Of a stretch of 64,000 nt of DNA, positions 9,785 through 17,987 are shown one piece after another; position 1 is the stretch's first letter; every line of letters starts with the position of its first letter. The notes beneath the pieces are model-generated. The model had not been told where the DNA came from and ran no database searches. It saw only the letters and a list, made by a program, of their open reading frames with translations. The DNA is taken from positions 23,792 to 87,791 of the IMG/VR virus record IMGVR_UViG_3300044811_000031, one strand, 5' to 3'. A program made the translations under genes and the position numbers. This DNA comes from a virus.

Positions 9785-10119
9785 GTACCGACAGTGCGGT
9801 GATCGGTCCCTACAAGACCGGCGAGAAGCCGCTCCCCCTGACCTACACCTTCCAGGACAACGGCGGGGTGGCTATCAACCTCACCGGCTTCACGGCGAAG
9901 GTCAACGTCCGGGAGAAGTACGGCGCGGCCACCCAGTACAACGCCACGGTGAGCACCCCGCTGTCGGGCATCGTCACCTACGCCTGGACCGGTGCGGAGT
10001 TCCCGACCCCCGGCCAGTACCAGGCCGAGTTCTGGGTCGGCAACGGCGTGGCGAGGTACGACTCCATCCTGCTCAAGTTCGATGTCCGCGCGGCCGTCGG
10101 GCCCGTCCCGGCGATCTGA
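9781..10119 (+). CDS. Small virion protein (BppU N-terminal-like)
   Basis: GTGA coupling; INLTG, G.VTY.W, G.Y.AEF.V pattern. Confidence 0.6.
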   Translation: MSTDSAVIGPYKTGEKPLPLTYTFQDNGGVAINLTGFTAKVNVREKYGAATQYNATVSTPLSGIVTYAWTGAEFPTPGQYQAEFWVGNGVARYDSILLKFDVRAAVGPVPAI

Positions 10120-10126
10120 GGGGATC

Positions 10127-10933
10127 ATGACTGCCAACGCATTCGGCCCGTGCTCGGCCTGGACCCCCATCTGGACCTGCGACGTTTCGGCCAAGTCGCC
10201 CACCGCCACCGGCTACGCCGCGCAGGCCGCGACCGAGGTCATCTGGGCGCTGTCCGGCCGCCAGTTCGGCCTGTGCCAGGTGACGCTACGGCCCTGCCGC
10301 CGCAGCTGCTACGACGACAGCTGGTGGTCCACGTACGGTGGTCCCTGGCAGGCCGGGTGGTGCTCCCCGGGCTTCAACGTGCAGTACGGCTTCGGCTTCT
10401 GGTTCGACCTCACCTGCGGGTCCTGCTCCGGCGGGTGCTCCTGCTCGGAGGTTCCGGAGGTCGTGCTCCCGGCGCCGGTCAGCTCCATCGTCAACGTCAA
10501 GATGGACGGCACCCCGATGGCCACCGGCGCTTACCGCGTCGACAACAACCGGCTGCTCGTCCGCACCGACGGCCAGCGCTGGCCACGCTGCAACAACATG
10601 GTCAAGGACGACACCCAGCCGGGCACCTGGTCGGTCACCGCCCTGTACGGCCAGGACGTACCGGTCGCCGGACAGCTCGCCGTCGGGGAGATGGCCTGCG
10701 AGATCCTGCGCGCCATGGGTGGCGAGGACTGCCGCCTCCCGGCCGGGGTCCAGTCACTCATCCGGCAGGGCGTGACGATCGACTTCCCCCAGGTGGGGCA
10801 GCTCATCCGCGACGGCATCACCGGTCTGTACCTGGTGGACCAGTTCGTCGCGTCGGTCAACCCGTCCAGGCTCCCGGCCCGCAGCCGGGTCTACAGCGTG
10901 GACACCAAACCCCATCGAAGGGCAGGCACGTGA
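10127..10933 (+). CDS. Head-to-tail adaptor
   Basis: LSGRQFG.C, Cys-rich loop, CRLP, RQGVT, TGL..VD; RBS GAGGGG. Confidence 0.7.
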   Translation: MTANAFGPCSAWTPIWTCDVSAKSPTATGYAAQAATEVIWALSGRQFGLCQVTLRPCRRSCYDDSWWSTYGGPWQAGWCSPGFNVQYGFGFWFDLTCGSCSGGCSCSEVPEVVLPAPVSSIVNVKMDGTPMATGAYRVDNNRLLVRTDGQRWPRCNNMVKDDTQPGTWSVTALYGQDVPVAGQLAVGEMACEILRAMGGEDCRLPAGVQSLIRQGVTIDFPQVGQLIRDGITGLYLVDQFVASVNPSRLPARSRVYSVDTKPHRRAGT

Positions 10934-12384
10934 GCGTAGAGGTTCCGACCATGACCGAGTTCGACGCGGTGACCGCGCGGGTGGATGCCCTCACCACGGC
11001 GGTCACCGGTATGGGCGCCCCCGCTCCCGACCTGACCGAGACCGTGTCCGCCCTGTCCTCCGCCGTGACCGGCCTGACCGAGGTGGTCGACGGCCACGGG
11101 GTCCTGCTGGGTACGGCCGTGGACGAGATCAACGACCTGGACGACCGCGTCACCGTCCTGGAGGGTGCAGCGAGCCCGGCCCCCACCGGCGTCGCCCCCA
11201 AGACCTGGGAGGTGGTGGTCAACGGCTACACGGACGCCGCCGTCCAGGCTGCCATCACCACGGCTCTGTCCGGTCGGATCGGCAACGTCGTCCAGCGCAA
11301 GGTGATCTTCCCGCCGGGCGTCTACAACCTGACGCAGCCGATCATCGACAGCGACACCGCCAACCACACCATGATCGAGGGTCTGACCCTGGAGGGCATG
11401 GGCTTCCGCTCCACCCGGATCAACTGGAACCCGGCGACCCCCGGCCCGGTCATCCGCGCCATCCGGCGGCTGCGCTTCTTCCGCATGGAGGGGTTCACGG
11501 TCAGCTCGTCCAACGCGGCCAACGAGTTCGTCTACGCGGTGAGCGACACCTCCGGTGGCTACAACCAGGCGTGGACCTTCCGCCACATGGAGTGGCAGGG
11601 CAGCTGGCTCCGGGTCGTCGGGCTCGACGGCGACGCCACCGCCAACCTCAACAGCGAGATGCTCTTCGACCGCTGCTCGACCGCGAGTGACTCGGTCTTC
11701 GCTGACGCGTTCTTCCGCTCCGGCGGCATCAGCGGCACCTTCAACCAGCAGAACCAGTTCCTCAACTACACGGTGCGGGACTGCTTCTTCACGGTGAAGA
11801 GCGGCACGATGTTCCGCTTCGACAAGGGCGGCTCGATCACCGTCCAGGGCGGCAGCTGGTCGGCCGCGAGCAGCGCCTCCGGACCGATCACCTGGTTCCT
11901 GATGCCGAACGACGGGGCCAACAACCGCTCCGCCTGCCAGCTCCACGTCGACCGGGTCCGTTTCGAGCCGAAGGCCAGCAACCACCTGATCATCGACTGC
12001 GGGTGGGGCACCGGCTCCGTCGAGTTCAGCAACTGCTGCGATCTCTCCAGCCTCCAGCAGCCCGACCCCACCACGGTGAACACCTACAGCCTGCACCGCT
12101 ACACCGCCCGCATCCCCTGGGGCTCCGGCGTGGGCGGCACCCTGCCGAGCGTGCGCTACGTCAACCATCAGGGCGTCGGCCATCACGCCGTGGTGGGGGT
12201 CACCAGCCCCGTCGGCCGGGGCGGCATCGTGTACGAGGGCTGCTACTTCTGGCGCGGCACCGGCGGCCAGAAGGCACCGGCGGCCGACGGCACTGCGGGC
12301 GCGGCCCTCACCTGGACCGGGACGCAGCCTCGGTACGAGTTCATCCACTGCGACAACGTCGATGCGGCGAAGTCGTGGGTGTGA
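10930..12384 (+). CDS. Tailspike/depolymerase-like beta-helix protein with coiled-coil N-terminus
   Basis: D.AVQAAI..A, VIFPPGVY, LTLEG.G pectate-lyase-like signature. Confidence 0.6.
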   Translation: MSVEVPTMTEFDAVTARVDALTTAVTGMGAPAPDLTETVSALSSAVTGLTEVVDGHGVLLGTAVDEINDLDDRVTVLEGAASPAPTGVAPKTWEVVVNGYTDAAVQAAITTALSGRIGNVVQRKVIFPPGVYNLTQPIIDSDTANHTMIEGLTLEGMGFRSTRINWNPATPGPVIRAIRRLRFFRMEGFTVSSSNAANEFVYAVSDTSGGYNQAWTFRHMEWQGSWLRVVGLDGDATANLNSEMLFDRCSTASDSVFADAFFRSGGISGTFNQQNQFLNYTVRDCFFTVKSGTMFRFDKGGSITVQGGSWSAASSASGPITWFLMPNDGANNRSACQLHVDRVRFEPKASNHLIIDCGWGTGSVEFSNCCDLSSLQQPDPTTVNTYSLHRYTARIPWGSGVGGTLPSVRYVNHQGVGHHAVVGVTSPVGRGGIVYEGCYFWRGTGGQKAPAADGTAGAALTWTGTQPRYEFIHCDNVDAAKSWV

Positions 12385-12467
12385 TCGCCTACCTCTGGCA
12401 TGGGATCCTGGACGGCACATGGGCCTGTCCCTGCGCCCACAGCCGCTGGCTGCGGAGGTACTCGTGA
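12381..12467 (+). CDS. 28-aa micro-ORF
   Basis: Fills the gap with GTGA overlaps at both ends. Confidence 0.35.
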   Translation: MIAYLWHGILDGTWACPCAHSRWLRRYS

Positions 12468-12967
12468 CCACCACCGGACCGCTCAAGTTCTACACCGTGG
12501 CGGAAGCCGTCCGCGTCGCGGTCGACGCCGCACTGACCTACTCCGTGCAGCGGTCCGGTGTGGTGCCGGGGGCCATCGCCTGGGACGAGTGCGACTGCGG
12601 CCTGCTCGCGGTGTCCACCGGCCGGGCGTACCTGAGCGACAACTTCCCCGAGGAGGAGACCACCCGGATCGGCCAGTGTGAAGCAGCATGGGAAGTGATC
12701 GAGATCGTGGTGCAGATCATCCGCTGCGCCCCCGGCCCGCAGGGTGAGAGCCAGCTCGCCCCGACCGTGGCCGCTCTGGACGCGTCGGCGCAGATCATGA
12801 TGACCGACCTCCAGCAGGCCCTGGCCGCCATCGCCCTGTGGATCTGCACCAGCAAGGACTCCGGTCTGATCGTTGACGGTATGATCATGCCGTCCGATCC
12901 GCAGGGCCCCGAGGGCGACTGCGTCGGCTCCGAACTCCACGCCGTAGTCGCGCTGCCGAGGGGATGA
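12464..12967 (+). CDS. Tail terminator/completion protein
   Basis: PGAIAWDECDCG, GPEGDCVG; GGAGG RBS. Confidence 0.6.
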   Translation: MTTTGPLKFYTVAEAVRVAVDAALTYSVQRSGVVPGAIAWDECDCGLLAVSTGRAYLSDNFPEEETTRIGQCEAAWEVIEIVVQIIRCAPGPQGESQLAPTVAALDASAQIMMTDLQQALAAIALWICTSKDSGLIVDGMIMPSDPQGPEGDCVGSELHAVVALPRG

Positions 12968-13347
12968 TCTCCGTGGCCCAGATGAGGATCAACATCGACC
13001 AGACCGCCGTCAAGCGGATGCTCGATGAGCCCGGCGGTCCGGTGGCCTGGAACATGGACCGCCGGGCGAAGCGCGTCGCCACCCGGGCGCGGCAGCTCGC
13101 TCCCGGCAGCATGAAGCGCAAGATCACTACGTCAACCGCGAGCGGCCACGTCCGGGTCGAGTGCAGCCACCCGGCCGTGCTGTACGTCATCCAGGGCACC
13201 CGGCCGCACATCATCCGGCCGAACCGGCGCAAGGCTCTGCGGTGGTCCTCCGGGGGCAGGTTCGTCTTCGCCAAGCTGGTCCACCACCCCGGGAACAGGG
13301 CCAACAACTTCCTGCTCAAGGCCATGCGAGAGGCGTCCGGCCGCTGA
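12964..13347 (+). CDS. Neck/tail completion protein (HK97 gp10-like)
   Basis: GTRPHIIRP, VHHPG..ANNFL. Confidence 0.65.
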   Translation: MISVAQMRINIDQTAVKRMLDEPGGPVAWNMDRRAKRVATRARQLAPGSMKRKITTSTASGHVRVECSHPAVLYVIQGTRPHIIRPNRRKALRWSSGGRFVFAKLVHHPGNRANNFLLKAMREASGR

Positions 13348-13350
13348 GGA

Positions 13351-13563
13351 GTTATACGGCCGTCGGGTGCCGCCTTGTTACCGGCTCGTACTGATCATGT
13401 CTTGACCAGGCGGAATGCCGAGCAGAAGAGGCTGGCCCGCTCGTACCAGGGTCTCCGGGAGAGGCCGGGAGAAGGGAACCTCCGGACTTTCCTACCCTAC
13501 GTAGTAGTAACTTCCCTGATAACTACGGATAGCTACCGTATACCTACGCTGGCCGCCGTATAG
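13351..13563 (+). repeat. Dispersed ~200-bp non-coding element, copy A
   Basis: Gapless alignment to 53243-53455 and 40107-40268. Confidence 0.9.
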
Positions 13564-13621
13564 CGACGCCTCGGATCGAGTCCGGAAAGATCATGGTTTT
13601 CGACCGCCTACGGTGATCGGC

Positions 13622-14044
13622 ATGAAGGACTTCACCCGGGAACGCAAGAAGATCGAATTCAAGATCGATGACGACGTCTTCACCGCCAAGTCGCCGATCC
13701 CCGCGCAGACGCTGATGGACTTCGCGTCCGCGTTCTCCTCCATGAACGAGGACTCCGCAGTGGAGGATCAGCTGGCCGCCTTTCAGGGCGTGCTGGATCT
13801 CGTGCTCATGCCCCAGTCGCTGGAGAGGTTCAAGCAGCGCATGTCCGATGCCGACGAGCCGGTCAGCGTCGAGCAGGTCGAAGAGATCGTCAGTTGGCTC
13901 TTCGAGGAGTACGGGCTCCGCCCTACTCAGCCGTCAGAGCCCTCTGTACCTGGGCCTCCCGCCCCGGACTCTGGCATGAGCTTGACGGGGAACACGCCAG
14001 TCGTGGTATCGACCTCCTCGGACTCCCCTGCGATCAGTTCCTGA
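13622..14044 (+). CDS. Tail assembly chaperone (gpG-like)
   Basis: Upstream of the tape measure; EEYGLRPT followed by a low-complexity tail. Confidence 0.75.
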   Translation: MKDFTRERKKIEFKIDDDVFTAKSPIPAQTLMDFASAFSSMNEDSAVEDQLAAFQGVLDLVLMPQSLERFKQRMSDADEPVSVEQVEEIVSWLFEEYGLRPTQPSEPSVPGPPAPDSGMSLTGNTPVVVSTSSDSPAISS

Positions 14045-14280
14045 ACGTGATCTATTACGCCATGACCCAGCGCATCGGCCCCAAGGACGAGAACGACAAG
14101 CGGACCGACAAGCAGATCCGCGACGAGCTGGACAACGGCCTCGGAGTGGTGCGGTGGATCACGCCCGGCGGGGGCACGGCCCCCGAGCCGGACGAGCAGG
14201 AAGAAGGCGCACCGCTGTGGTGGGCCGGTGAGGAGGAGGCTTCGCAGAGCTTCCTCGGGAGCATGGGGGTGATCCTCTAA
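13918..14280 (+). CDS. Tail assembly chaperone -1 frameshift extension (gpT-like)
   Basis: Overlapping -1 frame ORF (PPYSAVRAL..W..LDG) without a good start of its own. Confidence 0.6.
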   Translation, partial: PPYSAVRALCTWASRPGLWHELDGEHASRGIDLLGLPCDQFLNVIYYAMTQRIGPKDENDKRTDKQIRDELDNGLGVVRWITPGGGTAPEPDEQEEGAPLWWAGEEEASQSFLGSMGVIL

Positions 14281-14286
14281 ATGGCA

Positions 14287-14769
14287 CTAGCGCAGACCGG
14301 CACGCTTCGCTCGGGCGAACTCTCGTCCGCGCTTACGGATGCATGCGCGGCACCCTCGGCTGCCGTCCGGCCGGTCGTAAGTATTGATGTCGTCGTACGC
14401 GTGCCCGGCCGGGCAGCGAGTCTTGGCTCGCTGCCATGCCCCGTTAACCACGGAGCCGAGACCGCGTGCGAGGTTCACAGCCCGGGTGACAGGCTCTGTA
14501 TGCCAGGGGTTCCAACAGGCTCTGTTCCGGCAGAGGTGGTCGAGGTCGAGCCCCTCGGGGATCTCGTCTCGCAGCTCCGCGTACGCCACTCGGTGCATGG
14601 ACAGGAAGCGCCGGGTGCCGTCCGTCCGGCTACCGACCATGGCAATTCCGTAGCCCTTGCTGAGGTTTCCGGTCCACACCCAGCACAGCGGGTGGAGCCC
14701 TTTGATCAGGCACGGGACTTCTTTGGACCGAGCCACGATGCGGTCCATCACCGGAGTAACCTTGCGCAT
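14287..14769 (-). CDS. HNH homing endonuclease
   Basis: CWVWTG, HRVAY, DHLCRNRACWNPWH, C..GH; inserted antisense between chaperone and tape measure. Confidence 0.85.
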   Translation of the reverse strand: MRKVTPVMDRIVARSKEVPCLIKGLHPLCWVWTGNLSKGYGIAMVGSRTDGTRRFLSMHRVAYAELRDEIPEGLDLDHLCRNRACWNPWHTEPVTRAVNLARGLGSVVNGAWQRAKTRCPAGHAYDDINTYDRPDGSRGCRACIRKRGREFARAKRAGLR

Positions 14770-14851
14770 GTCGTCTCCTCTACAGACGGCGTGAGGTGTG
14801 CCCCTGGCCGGGCACACCTCTATTTTACGTTCACGGGTGGGGTGATCTGAA

Positions 14852-17800
14852 ATGGCTCTCGGATCGCTTGTGGGACGTGGATTTGTGAGAATAGATGCGG
14901 ACACCAAGCCCGCCAAGAAGGCCATCATGGCGCTGGGAGCGATCGGCTCCCAGGGTGGGCTGATGGCGATCAGCAGCGCGCTGTCCAGCGTCGCTGTCCC
15001 GGCCATCGCCGCCGTCACCACCGCTACCTTCGCCATGGCCAACAGCTTCGCCGCCGCCGGTGCGGCGGCCGGTATCTTTGCCCTCGCGGTCAAGCCTCAG
15101 TTCGCCGACATCAGCAAGGCCATGAAGGGCCAGGCAATCGCGGAGGACGCGAAGACCAAGGCTGCCGTCCAGGCGTCGCTCGCGCAGGACATCGCGACCA
15201 AGAACGGCTACAAGTACGGCACCCAGGTCAAGATCACATCCAAGATGACCGCTGCCGCCAAGGACAAGGCGACGGAGTACAACCGGGCGCTGGCCGCCTC
15301 CGGCAGCGCGAGCAAGACCGCCACCAAGGCGCAGGCCCTGTACAAGCAGGAGCTGGACGCCATGCCCCCGGCCACCCGCAAGACGGCCGAGGCGATGCAG
15401 AACTTGAAGGACGACACCAACTCCTGGAGCCGGTCGCTGGCCGCGACCACGATGCCGATCTTCACCCGGGGGATCAACATCATCCGGGGGCTGCTGCCCA
15501 AGCTGACCCCGATCGTCCATCTGGCATCCGAGCAGATCACCCAGTTCATGGACAACTTCCGGGGGGACCGGGGCGGGCTCTTCGTCAAGTTCGGCAAGAA
15601 CATGCAGCTCCTCGCCGGTGGCTCGCTGGGTGTGCTGCTCCGCTCTCTGAAGAACATCGCCCTCGGCTTCGTCGGGGTGATGAACGCCTTCGCCCCCATG
15701 GCCATGGGGATGGGGCTGGGCTTCGAGAGCCTGACCAAGAAGTTCGCCACCTTCGGCATCAAGCTCCAGTACAGCAAGGGCTTCAAGTCGTTCATCGCGC
15801 AGGCCCGCTCCCTCAAGCAGACCAACCTGCTGAAAACCATCGGGGACCTGGCCAAGATCGCCATCACGGCGGTGCAGGCGATGGGCCCCCTCGCCGGGGT
15901 CAGCCTCAAGATCGCTCAGGCGTTCGCGTCCATGCTCGCGGCCCTGCCGCCCGCCGTACTGACCAAGCTCGTCCAGGCCATCGTGCTGGCCAACGTGGCG
16001 TTCAAGGCGTACGCCATCTACACCGCCGCCGCCGCCGGGGTCACCTGGCTCTTCAGCACGGCCAACGGCGCCAGCCGTGTACAGATGGCCCTCACCCGGA
16101 TCGAGCTCTACGCCTGGAACATCCAGCTCCGGCTGATGGCCATGCAGCAGGGCATCGCCGCTGCCGCGACCTGGGCCTGGAACGCCGCGCTCACCGCGTC
16201 CACCGCCGTGGTCAACTTCTTCCGGCTGGCCAACCTGCGCGCCGTGGCGTCGGTCATCGCCACCCGCATCCAGATCATCGCCCTGGCCGTGGCACAGCGA
16301 GCGGCAGCCGTGGCGAGCGCCGTCGTCACCGCCGCCACGTGGGCGTGGTCGGTCGCGATGAACTCCACCGGCATTCCGCTGCTGATCATCGCCATCGCCG
16401 CCCTGGTCGCAGCGATCATCTGGATCGCAGTGAAGACCACCTGGTTCCAGACCGGCTGGAAGTACACCTGGAACGCGATCAAGGTCGCGGCGTTCTACGT
16501 CTGGCATGCGCTGGAAGCCGTCTGGCACGGCATCACCGTCGGCTACGAGGCGATCCTGTCCGCCGCGCAGGCCGTGTGGCGCTGGCTGAAGTCCAACTGG
16601 CCATATCTGGTCGGCATCCTCGGTGGGCCGTTCGGCCTCGCCGTTGCGTACATCACCAAGCACTGGGGCCAGGTCAGGGACTTCCTCATCTCCGGCTGGC
16701 ACTCGATCTACAACAACGTCGTCTCCCCGATCATCCACTTCTTCACCGTGTCGATCCCCAACGCGGCCGGGCACATGAGGGACTTCGTCAAGTCGGCCTT
16801 CCGGAGCATGGTGCTGTTCATCCTCGACCGCTTCGGGGATGTGCTCCACGGCGCGGCGCGGCTCTTCGGCTGGGTGCCAGGAGTCGGCGGGAAGCTCAAG
16901 TCGGCCGAGCGCTCGTTCCAGAAGTTCCGGGACAACGTCAACAAGGCCCTGGGCGGGGTCAACGGCCACACCGTCAAGGTGCCGGTGAGCTTCCGGACCA
17001 TCGGCGGGACGAAGGTCTTCACCCGGGCCAGCGGTGGCGCGATCGACGGTGTCGGCACGGAGACGTCCGACTCCAACCTCGCCCTGGTGTCCAAGAACGA
17101 GCACGTCTGGAGTGCCAAGGAGGTCCGGGGCGCCGGTGGCCACGGGGCGATGGTCAGCATGCGCAGGGCCGCCAAGGAGGGCAAGCTCCCCGCCTTCGCC
17201 CAGGGCGGCACGCTCGGTGTGACGACCTCGGCCCCGAACTACAAGAGCGTCAGTTCCGCGATGTCCCGGGCGATCATGGCGGAGATCAACCTGCACAAGA
17301 AGGCCCTGTTCAACACGCTGCCCATGGCGATGCTCGCGGGCGGCTTCGCCGGAGGGGGCAAGGCCCCGGTCGGCGGCGCGAACCACTGGCGTGGCCTCGT
17401 CATCACGATGCTCAAGATGGTCGGCCAGTCGACCGGGCTGGTCAACACGGTGCTCCGGCGCATGCAGCAGGAGTCCGGGGGCAACCCGAACATCGTCAAC
17501 AAGTGGGACAGCAACTGGAAGGCCGGGCACCCCTCCGTCGGCCTGATGCAGGTCATCGGACCGACCTTCCGGGCGCACGCCGGTAAGTACCTGCACACGG
17601 GGCCGTTCCTCTACGGCACGTCGGTCAACCCGGCGGCCAACATCTACGCGTCCTTCCGCTACGCCCTCGGCCGGTACGGATCCCTGGCCAACGCCTTCAA
17701 CCGCAAGGGCGGATACGACCTGGGTGGCGTGGCCAGCGGCACCGGCCTCTTCCCGAAGATGACCAGCGCGCCGGAGCGGGTCCTGTCCCCCCGGCAGACG

Positions 17801-17983
17801 GCCGCCTTCGAGAAGTCGATGAGCGGTGGCTTCGGCCAGGGCGGCCAGATGGTCGTCCACATCCACCTGGAGAACCACGGGGTCATCGGCAGCCGGGCAG
17901 AGCTGGAGCAGTGGCTGGTGGACTCCCTGGACTCCATCGGCCGCAAGCACCGCGTGCCTGCCTCGTTCGTGAAGAACGGGTGA
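14852..17983 (+). CDS. Tape measure protein with C-terminal lytic transglycosylase domain
   Basis: 1043 aa, Ala-rich with W-periodic repeats; QESGGNP..SVGLMQVI. Confidence 0.9.
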   Translation: MALGSLVGRGFVRIDADTKPAKKAIMALGAIGSQGGLMAISSALSSVAVPAIAAVTTATFAMANSFAAAGAAAGIFALAVKPQFADISKAMKGQAIAEDAKTKAAVQASLAQDIATKNGYKYGTQVKITSKMTAAAKDKATEYNRALAASGSASKTATKAQALYKQELDAMPPATRKTAEAMQNLKDDTNSWSRSLAATTMPIFTRGINIIRGLLPKLTPIVHLASEQITQFMDNFRGDRGGLFVKFGKNMQLLAGGSLGVLLRSLKNIALGFVGVMNAFAPMAMGMGLGFESLTKKFATFGIKLQYSKGFKSFIAQARSLKQTNLLKTIGDLAKIAITAVQAMGPLAGVSLKIAQAFASMLAALPPAVLTKLVQAIVLANVAFKAYAIYTAAAAGVTWLFSTANGASRVQMALTRIELYAWNIQLRLMAMQQGIAAAATWAWNAALTASTAVVNFFRLANLRAVASVIATRIQIIALAVAQRAAAVASAVVTAATWAWSVAMNSTGIPLLIIAIAALVAAIIWIAVKTTWFQTGWKYTWNAIKVAAFYVWHALEAVWHGITVGYEAILSAAQAVWRWLKSNWPYLVGILGGPFGLAVAYITKHWGQVRDFLISGWHSIYNNVVSPIIHFFTVSIPNAAGHMRDFVKSAFRSMVLFILDRFGDVLHGAARLFGWVPGVGGKLKSAERSFQKFRDNVNKALGGVNGHTVKVPVSFRTIGGTKVFTRASGGAIDGVGTETSDSNLALVSKNEHVWSAKEVRGAGGHGAMVSMRRAAKEGKLPAFAQGGTLGVTTSAPNYKSVSSAMSRAIMAEINLHKKALFNTLPMAMLAGGFAGGGKAPVGGANHWRGLVITMLKMVGQSTGLVNTVLRRMQQESGGNPNIVNKWDSNWKAGHPSVGLMQVIGPTFRAHAGKYLHTGPFLYGTSVNPAANIYASFRYALGRYGSLANAFNRKGGYDLGGVASGTGLFPKMTSAPERVLSPRQTAAFEKSMSGGFGQGGQMVVHIHLENHGVIGSRAELEQWLVDSLDSIGRKHRVPASFVKNG

Positions 17984-17987
17984 CGCC

